A DNA stretch of 62,688 bases, counting the filler, from Bipalium vagum (taxonomy: Eukaryota): the NCBI GenBank assembly GCA_037834085.1. It is 3 parts of 3 records of this genome, joined end to end, with 100 filler letters (N's around TTAATTAATTAA, not from the genome) between each part and the next. Parts side by side here need not be neighbours in the genome. Positions count along the whole stretch, not along the records: positions 46,592 to 62,688 come from JBBMKC010127372.1; 2 more parts are not named here. One strand, written 5' to 3'. Below, piece after piece: positions 53,947-62,688 of this stretch; the first letter of the stretch is position 1, and the number at the start of each line of letters is the position of its first letter. Position numbers and translations under genes: made by a program. Under the pieces are notes generated by a model. The model worked only from the letters and a program-made list of their open reading frames with translations. It ran no database searches and was not told the DNA's origin.

Positions 53947-54086
53947 NNNNNNNNNNNNNNNNNNNNNNNNNNNNNNNNNNNNNNNNNNNNNNNNNNNNNN
54001 NNNNNNNNNNNNNNNNNNNNNNNNNNNNNNNNNNNNNNNNNNNNNNNNNNNNNNNNNNNNNNNNNNNNNNNNNNNNNNNNNNNNNN
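53947..54086. other. assembly gap (140 N)
   Basis: N run. Confidence 0.98.
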
Positions 54087-54813
54087 TATTTCATATTTTA
54101 TATTTTATACTTTATTTTATATTTCATATTTTATTTTACATTTTATATTTTACATTTTGTAATTTCTTTTAATGTTTTCTAGGAAATCACAATTATTTTA
54201 AAAATTAACCTGTTTTGATCAATTTCATTTTTGAAGATGTCTAAGCTTTCTTTTCTCTCCAGGATTCAAAAATTTCCAATACTTCTTCGTTATATATCAA
54301 AATAAATACTAAATTTTTATACCTACTTATATTTAGATTTATACTTGATTTTATTATATATTTGCGAAATATTTAATGTTCATTAAAACAAACAAATAAT
54401 TTAAAAATTTTCTCAGGTTTTACTGGGAAATTTTGTTTAAATTTTATTTTAAAATTTCAAATATTTTATTATTTTAAAAAACGTTGACATAATTTGATTA
54501 TTTTTCGATTTTTGTTTTGATTTCAAAGACCTCAGCTTTCTTTTCCTCCATCGATTCTTCCTCGTGCATCCCAAAAAACATCCAATCCTCCAACCATTGT
54601 GTATCAAATAAAGACCAAATGATAACATATTAACATTTGTCCCAAATTAATTGATATGTGACATAAATATGAAGAGGAAATAGGATATTATTGCATTATT
54701 AAAAATTCCCATTTTCCCCTTTCGTTTTCCGAACAAGACCCGGGAAAAGTCTCAATATAATTGACTTTAAAAACCAAGAACAATGGCCCCAGGTGACGAA
54801 ATCAACAATATTT

Positions 54814-54817
<4 letters not shown>

Positions 54818-54864
<47 letters not shown>

Positions 54865-54880
54865 CTCTCTCTCTGTCTCT
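54818..54880. repeat. (TA)n followed by (CT)n microsatellite
   Basis: Direct inspection. Confidence 0.9.
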
Positions 54881-55984
54881 CTGAATATTGTGACGACGGA
54901 GGTCCGCGAGGAGGTTTGCCAACAGCGACTATTTGTAACGCTCTCCCAAAGGTAAAATTTTCTTGATTAATATTAATTGATTCAAACAAAAAGGAGAAAA
55001 ATTACCGTACAAAATCTCTGCTATCGTAATTATGAAAGTATTAATTGCTCTGAAGTAGGAAGATCAAGGAAAAGGGAATATATTGATGTTAATCAAGTTC
55101 ATTTGTAATATATTTCCAATGCAATACTGTAATATCAATCAATCTCTGCTTTGTAATTGTTTTTCTTTGATAATCTCTTTTGATAAATCGAATTTCGAAT
55201 AAACTTTTTCTTTTTCTCACAGTTCCCTCGCGGCCATTTTGAAGGGGAAAATCCTGTCATCAGTCAATATTGTAAATTGGAAATTGTTTTCTTTCGCTTT
55301 TTTCCTGTTAATATCAAGTTGGTCTTGTCAAAATAGTTATCTGACACAATCTGCTGTTGACACGGTCCATGGGATTCCATCTCAGAGCGCTGCTAGCTGG
55401 ACCTGCTAAACCATTATTGTTATGATTAGAATCAGAACGCTTCGGGCCAAAATTCAATGAGAAAGTAAAAAACCCGGTTACTATGCCACTTGGAGGATAC
55501 GGAGATTTGTTTGGGTTAGAAAAAGCCTTATATCATGCAAATGTCATTGGGGAAATTTTGGATAATAAATGTGCGTTTTCTGGGTCAGATTTCCTTGATT
55601 TCTGCTTATAATGAACACGTTGTATTGACCGACAGTTTCCATTATATATCCACTAAAGTTTTTTTCTATTCCATGTATTTTTAATATTTTATGTACTGGT
55701 ATTTGAACTAAGTTTTGGAGAGTTTTTTTCCTTTTTCTGCTTTTTCTCTATTCATCTTGTTGTTTTTTATTTCATCATAAATGATTGTATAAATAAATTT
55801 ATACATAGATATTATCACATTGCATCGAGATTCGGGGGATGAGAGGCACATGGTGAGGATTTTTTTCAAATCTGGGGAGGACCATGGTCTGAAGACTTCT
55901 TCATGAAAGAGACATTTTATTTCCTTACATTTTCCTGTGTTTTATTATCGTTAGCAAATGACTTAGATTATATAAAAATACATT

Positions 55985-56018
55985 TTCATAATAATAATAA
56001 AAGAAAGAAAATAATAAA

Positions 56019-56052
<34 letters not shown>

Positions 56053-56111
56053 TAAAAGAAAGAAAATAATAAGAGTAATAAAAAATAATAAGAATAATAA
56101 GAATAAGAATA

Positions 56112-56144
<33 letters not shown>

Positions 56145-56395
56145 TTTTTGAAAAATAATTAAAATAGTATTATTAGTAATAATAAAATATTATAATAATA
56201 ATAATAAAATATAATAATAATAATAATATAATAATAATAATAATAATAACATTAAAAAAAGAAATAAATAAGAATAATAATAAAATATAAAATAATAATA
56301 ATAAAATAAATAATAACTTTAAAAATTAATTAAAATAATTAGCAATAATATATTAATAATAAAATAATAATAATAATAAAATAAAATAAATACTG
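55985..56395. repeat. degenerate (AAT)n tract
   Basis: Direct inspection. Confidence 0.85.
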
Positions 56396-57084
56396 TTTTA
56401 ATAATTTTTTAAGTCTTTATGAAAAGTTATAAAATTAATTATTTAATTAAATATTAATCTCAAATAAATTTTAATCAATAAAAATAATAATAATATTTTT
56501 ATGAAAAAATTTCCAATATTAAACATTTAAATCTTAATTAAACAATAATTAAAATCGATAACTATTGTTGAAAAAGTTTCAAGAACAAAAAAAGTCAAAT
56601 GTTGTCTATTTAATAATTAAAATAAGATTATTAAAATTTTAATTATACTATTTAATTTTCTAAATAATTTATGTTCATAATCAAATTATGTTCATTCCTA
56701 CAAAATAAATTTTAATCATAAGTTATATTATTTTCTTAATTGTCTGAAATATTTAGCAAAGAAATAATTAAAATTAAATTACTTAAGTAAAATTTTTCAA
56801 GAAAGCTAAATAAAGTCGGCTAATTATATAATTTTTTGAATTTTTTATTATTATTTTATTTTAAAAATGAGTATAATATTAAATGATTGCAAATTATTTA
56901 TATTTATTTTATTATGTTTATTATTTGATAATACTTTATTTAAGTAGCTGATTTAATTTATTTAAGTAAATAATTTAATTTTAATAAACAAAACAAAACG
57001 TGTAACTCTTCATAAAAACAAAAATTTATTACACAAAACGTAAAAAAGATATGTAAAATAAGAGAAATAAACAAATAAAGTTTA

Positions 57085-57475
57085 TGCGAAGCCATTAAAT
57101 TCTTCCTCGGTTGATCCTCTAAAAGAATCCCTTTTATTTTATTATTTTTATTTTATTTTATTTTTTTAAATGATACAATGTGAGCTTTATAAAAATCGCT
57201 TTTGATGCAGTCAACTGTCACCTCATTCCACGAGTCAACAATCCATTGGCAAATCTCACTAGATGACCTTCTTTTCATTGCTCCACTTTTTGTAAATGAA
57301 TGAGTTTCATCTGACATCCATCTACTCCACCTTCCACGCAATTTTGATTTTTTATAAGAGCGATTCACTGAAATATCCAAAGTATGTAAAACTTTGTTCT
57401 TAACTTCATCAGTTAGATGAACTTTAGCATAATCAAGAATAAGAAAAGACTCAGAGCTAGCCCATTTCGCCTCAT
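57085..57475 (-). mobile_element. pogo/Tigger-type (DDE_1) transposase C-terminal fragment
   Basis: FLILDYAKVHLT..LDISVNRSYK..W..TKSGAMKR..ICQWIVDSWNEV. Confidence 0.82.
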
Positions 57476-58594
57476 GGCATTTATAGATTTAGTATGTCAT
57501 TGTTTTTTAATTTATTTTTAAAATTTTTGTGGTTTAATAAACATTTTTGCGTCACGTTCTTCTTTTGTCTTTCTATACTCTTTTGTTATAAATGCCTCAA
57601 ACCGCCTTTCTTAGTCAAGCTTAGTGATTTTATTTCTTTAGAAGCAAAAACAATATTTTGGAAAGTACTTTTTATTTTGAGCTCTTTCCCTGAGCATTAA
57701 TTCCCTAATTACAACTGGACCCCACACTGATTGAATAGATCTCTGAAAAACTACACCCTAAGATACTTTATTGAAAGACTCTATTCCATATTATTGATAC
57801 TTGTAACGACTAATTTCTCATCGTCTCATTGCAGGAAAATGCAAAGTAGTTTTCATGGTTTTCCATAATGATGGAATTGTGAAGATAAAATACATTTGTC
57901 AACCTTTCAATCAACTCTTGGGTTTTTTAAAGTTTCAACATATTTATATGGTTTCTCAGGTTTGGATAAACTTATAATAATTATAAATGGAAAACTGATA
58001 AAGAAAAAAGTTCAAAAAGACTTGCGTTTTGAACTGTTATAAATTCAGGACATATATTAATTTAAGAAATGCTGAAACAGTCCAAACCTATCAATTTGAT
58101 AGAGTGCTTTTGAACTACAACAGTACGAAAAAAAATTATTCCTGCTCCTTTAATTACACTAATAGTTAAAAGTGTATAAATTTATTTATGGTCCTTGAGC
58201 TTTTTCACAATGTCCAAGATACCTGTTATATAAATATTGATTGTTCTAAATCAGATATTGTAAAATATATTGATATTAGTTTGAATAAATCGGAAATTAA
58301 TTGACAAGAGAGATTATTCCCGCACCACATTTAAATTTCAAATTGTTTAATATACTCATCGTCAAAAGTCTTAGGCAGGTAAAATTTATTAAATAGTGAT
58401 AATAATAAAATATAATATATGATAATAAAGATAATATTTGATGAGTTAATATAATTTCTGTTAAGCACATGAATAAAAAGTAATTTATTTTAGAATAATT
58501 AACCAATTTATATGAAATATATATTTCGTGTGTTTTGGTTTTTTAATTTTTTTTTAGGAGTTTTTTATCTATTACTTTCGGAGACTACAACCAA

Positions 58595-58951
58595 AGAGAA
58601 TGCAAAATCTGGTTCATGGAAACATTTTCGAAAAAGAAATCGATTTTGGATATTATTTTGGAACTGGCATTCTCTTCAAGCAGAATGCAGATGAAAGATT
58701 TGCAACCTTTGAAATTCGAGTCCGTAAGCTGTTGAACAATGTACTGTTTTACAATAGATTCAAATTTATCCAGAGAAGAAATATTGACAGATTGCCTTGC
58801 CAAGTGAGCTAAGAGTCTTTGGCTCAAGAAAGTATTAATCACAAGGCCCAATACTGAAGTGCAGGATATTATGGAATTGGATAAACTGCTTGACCATTTT
58901 AAAATACACTGCCGCTGAAGAATAGACGTCTTATTTTTGGGCAACAAGAGC
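58595..58951 (+). mobile_element. decayed rve-type integrase fragment (continues at 60492-60510), interrupted by composite copy 2
   Basis: PCQ, LDHF and LPLKN pieces; reading across one TSD copy gives LIFGQQEHLFHS (FGxPxxLHSD-like). Confidence 0.45.
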
Positions 58952-58970
58952 TGTTAGTTGAAAATTGATT

Positions 58971-58983
58971 CCGGGATTCGAAC
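58971..58983 (-). pseudogene. 3' part of tRNA-like sequence (B-box/T-arm), copy 2; acceptor strand deleted
   Basis: Minus strand GTTCGAAT-CCCGG. Confidence 0.7.
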
Positions 58984-60410
58984 GTACAAAATTTTATTTT
59001 AAAAACAAGTTTTTCTTTCACGAACTTAATCTTTTTCACATAAGTGTGCACCTATTATGGCTTTGCTTCATCTTCATTTTGGAGCAGATTATCATCGCAG
59101 TCGTTGAGATTTTTAGCAGCATCATCAGAATGGTATTGACTTTGGTCGTTATTGAGATTTCCATCTTCAATTTCGTTGATATCGGAAAAATTTACTGATT
59201 TTTTTCTAACATCTCTGTGAAATTTCCATTGCGCGCACTTCATTTGATATTAGACGCCACGCAGAATTTTGACATTTAGAAAATTGCAGACTTCTCAGAA
59301 TTTCCTCATTTCGCTTTTGCCATGATCCATGGCAGCTGACTGCGAACGTATTTAACGAACAGTCCAATCTGGCAGGGCTTTCTTGGTCTGGTCGAGAAGA
59401 TCTTGGTAGTGGATGAGATTCTTCTCGTGGTTCCAGTATGTGTTTTTCTCTGTATCATACGGACATTTGATGTCAATAAGACACAGGACTTTGCTTTCCG
59501 TGAACTGAATAAGAAGGTCAACACGTTTTGTTGAATTGACGTATTGACTTTCAGCGTTGACAAAGACTTTGGCCTTTGAATTTTCTTTAATTTGTTTGGC
59601 CAGATAATCTTGGATCGAATTATGTCGACAGTTTTGAAATATTTTGAATGGAATGCAATTAACAAGAACATGAGACAACATGACAACATGAAACAACAAC
59701 ATGAGACGATCATTGATCTGAATTGAGTAAGATTGAGCTTGGTGAATGAAATACCAAGATGTGATTGATATTTCATCGTTGAAGATTGGAGTTGTCGATA
59801 ATGTTGATTGGCTAGTTGCCGATGCAAAGCGATCTACACTTGCTTGGCTGTTCCAGCTGTAATTCCAAGCATGATTGATTAGATTGTGAAGCTTTTTCGA
59901 AACAATATTTGCATCAATTGGATTCAAAATTGCTTTATTCTCATAACTTGGATCCAAATGTTGAAAGACTTTCAGACAGATTCGTCTTCATTGCGCTCGA
60001 ATTTGACATTGATCTTGTGTCTGGATTGCATTTGATGATTGCAGATCGAGTCTTCCTCCACCAACAATTTTGAAGACATTGAATGTCACCACGATTAAGC
60101 CATACAAAAGCTTGATCGAGGGAAACTCGATTAGAAAGACCAGGATTTGATGCTGCACCAATTAACGAAGAGATTGCCGTATCTCAAATAATTTCACCTG
60201 GTGAGTTAAAGAGCTGAAATACATTTGTAATTGACTGAACCAGATATTCGTACATGTACTTAATGGAAGAATGACTTTCAAGACCAATTATACTTTTCAA
60301 GAGACGTTGAATATTTAGTTCAATGGCATTGAATCCTTGTGTCATCTCATTGAACGTAATGTAATTATTCCGAAAAGCAAAAATCATTCGCGAATGAATA
60401 AAAGTGTAAT
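58984..60410 (-). mobile_element. 5'-truncated non-LTR retrotransposon (R2/NeSL-type RLE), copy 2, pseudogenised
   Basis: Post-RT segment TFIHSRMIFAFRN, WYFIHQA, SHVLVNC..RHNSIQDYL..KRVDLL..LIDIKCPYD..KNLIHYQDL; ends AATAAAATTTTGTAC. Confidence 0.9.
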
Positions 60411-60461
60411 AGGGACCCTTCACATGCGCATGGACTGTTCTGATCGCTGAGCTACATCCTC
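60411..60461 (-). pseudogene. 5' part of tRNA-Ala(CGC)-like sequence, copy 2
   Basis: Minus strand GAGGATG-TA-GCTC-AGCGATCA-GAAC-A-GTCCA-TGCGCAT-GTGAA-GGGTC-CCT. Confidence 0.78.
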
Positions 60462-60739
60462 TGACTAATTTTCAATTTATCTCACAAGAGCATTTATTCC
60501 ACTCTTGTCATTTGTTGGGAACTACTACTACAACGCGGTTCGGTGATGTGTATACACAAGGAAAAAGATGATACAAACCAACATGAAAGTCATTATGAGG
60601 ATCTTGAGGAAAAAAATCAAATGGGCTCTCTTGCTTTCATTTCGTCTGTGGGGACAAGTCATTGAGCTCTTCAGAAAAACGGAATGCAAAAGATGTGACT
60701 TTTATGAAGGATGCTGAAATTTTCAGGACAGGTGACAAT

Positions 60740-62205
60740 AGATGGAGTTAAGTTCCAGATACTGTGGGACTCAGAGGAGTCAGTCACCTTGCTTAATTAG
60801 ATATGCTGGAAAAGATTAGGTATTCTTTTGTGGGTAGTGAAAGGCCTTTAGGATCATACAAGGCTGGAATTGCGTGGAATCACAAGGTCAAGCAGATTGA
60901 GATTATGATAGTAAGGCGACTTCAGCCAAATTTTATTGGAGGAGTGGATATGATGAGGAAATCTTGGATTGAACTACGTGAAGTGAACAAGATTGAAGAG
61001 AAATTTTGGCAAGAACATTTCAGATACACACAGGAAAAATTATGCAACGCAATTCTTCCAAGATTTACACAATATGTGGTTATAAATATGTTGCACAAAA
61101 CGGGAATATCTTTATGATGCCGACCTTTGACATAGGTTTTACAGATTTGGTCCAATATGAGATCAACGTAAGAGAAAAACTGATTTTGCAACAACCAAAA
61201 AGACAACCCAAACATTTAGATAACAAAATTGACGATATGGTTTTGAATCTGGTTGCGGCTGGGGTGGTATCTAAATGTAAAAGCCCATGGAGTTCACTGT
61301 TAGTAGTGGTTGCTAAAAAAGATGGATCAATTCGACTGTGTGTTGACTTCAGAAACACTGCTTCCCAATACGAGACACACAGACGCTATTGGACTTCCTG
61401 GCTGATTCAAAATATTTTTCTTCATTAGATCAAGTGGATTTCTCAAAAAAAATTTAGATTGATTACTGCTTTCAGCATGAGACAGGACAAGTTCTGTTTC
61501 AACCGCATGCCATTTTGGCTGGCAACGGAGAAAACAACTTTTAGAAGCTGTTGCATGAACTCCTGGATAACGTCTTGTTCAAAGGGGTCTTTGTATACCT
61601 CGATAAAATATTAATTTATAGTCCAAATGAAAAGTAGCACAATGATCTTTTGGAGGAGGTTCTCAGAAGAATATCTAATTCCGGTTTAAAATAAAGTGCA
61701 GATTCGATCAGAACGAACTCGTCTTCTTGGGACACTGTAAGTGCAAGTGGGATTAGAGCCAATCAAAAGAAAGTGGATGAAATTTTGAATGCCAAACCTC
61801 CCGGATGTGCGTCCCACCTGAGAGCTTTCTTAGGACTAACGAATTAATATAGAGGTTTCACTGACAAATTCGCAGTGATAGCAGCACCACTATACGTAAC
61901 TATCTCTGGGGACGAGAAGAAAATACAGTGGACGGAACAATACCAATTTAGTTTTCAGGAATTAAAAAAATTTATGCACAGTACCAATATTGGATTTCCC
62001 TCAGAAGAATAGTATCTTTATTTTGGAAACGAACGCAGGTTTTTGAGTCATTGGCACCGTTCTGAGCCAAACCAAAGAGGAATGCACGGAGACGGTTATT
62101 ACATACGGTTAACGACATTTATCAACCCATGAATTTGGTTATTGCTGGAGAAAGGAGTTGTTGGCGTTATACGAGTTTGTTTTACATTTTAAACAATACT
62201 TACAT
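60740..62205 (+). mobile_element. Ty3/gypsy pol remnant (protease, RT, RNase H)
   Basis: LWDS (protease-like), SPWSS..VVAKKDGSIRLCVDFR, RMPF, VYLDKILIYS, VFLGH, LRAFLGLTN, KELLAL; many stops and frameshifts. Confidence 0.9.
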
Positions 62206-62219
62206 ATAATGAATACATA

Positions 62220-62688
62220 CAGGGTCTTCCAAAAGAAGCTTTACTACTTTTAACATATTAAATACTAAGTAGTTTTTGTTTTAATAAATTAATATTTACC
62301 ATTATTCTAGCTAAACATTTGGAAATTAAATATGGATCGTTATAATATGCAACAACGGGTAGAAATTGTCAAAATATTTAATCAAAGTGGTAGTTCAATT
62401 TCAGTAACCAAAAACTAAATGCAAAATTTTGGAAAAACAATTGTCCATCAAAACCAATAATTTACAGTCTGGTTAATGCTTTTATAGTATTTGGCTCGGC
62501 AGCAGGTAGATCAAAATCTGGACGACTTCGATCTGCGCGTATACCTGAAAATATTGCAAGTACACGAGAAAGCATTGAAGACAATTAATGCACCTCAATC
62601 AGTCATAGACCCACAGGAATTAAACCTCTCAAAATCCAGTTTGTCGCGGATAATGCATGAAGATTTGCATATGAAAGCCTATAAGCTT
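62220..62688 (+). mobile_element. rosa/DD41D-like transposon, 5' portion (ATG at 62332)
   Basis: TA|CAGGGTCTTCC end; MDRYNMQQRVEIVKIF..SGRLRSARIPENIA..DLHMKAYKL. Confidence 0.82.

Larger units (their letters stand above)
58952..60486 (-). mobile_element. composite copy 2: tRNA-Ala-bearing TGT...ACA mini-element (TSD AGAGC) split by an RLE non-LTR retrotransposon
   Basis: AGAGC at 58947-58951 and 60487-60491; ends TGTTAG / CTCACA; tRNA 5' part 60411-60461, 3' part 58971-58983. Confidence 0.85.

Noticed and set aside
59666-59710. AACATGA(G)AC tandem micro-repeats in LINE copy 2
   Set aside because: Local slippage that replaced the CxxC seen in copy 1; decay rather than function.

Overview
Very AT-rich eukaryotic DNA, almost certainly animal (it contains a class A GPCR). 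It has 45-60 nt introns and three assembly gaps. Three host genes are supported: an intronless 1103-aa ankyrin-repeat protein (10457-13768, -), a two-exon ELP6-like Elongator subunit (23586-24303, +) and the 3' exon of a divergent class A GPCR (29453-30480, +). There is also a weak micro-exon gene candidate at 34-36 kb. Most of the rest is decayed transposons: mariner, Tc1/Tc3, rosa/maT, pogo, hAT, Merlin, MITEs and Ty3/gypsy. The standout is a nested system present twice, at 38912-40206 and 58952-60486. A ~116-bp unit carrying a tRNA-Ala(CGC)-like sequence has TGT...ACA inverted termini and its own perfect 5-bp TSD (AAGAT; AGAGC). In both copies it is split at the same position in the tRNA T-stem by a 5'-truncated non-LTR retrotransposon with a CCHC knuckle and restriction-like endonuclease (R2/NeSL type). 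This suggests a tRNA-Ala-targeting site-specific retrotransposon whose target is itself mobile. All family assignments come from motifs read by eye; no database searches were run.
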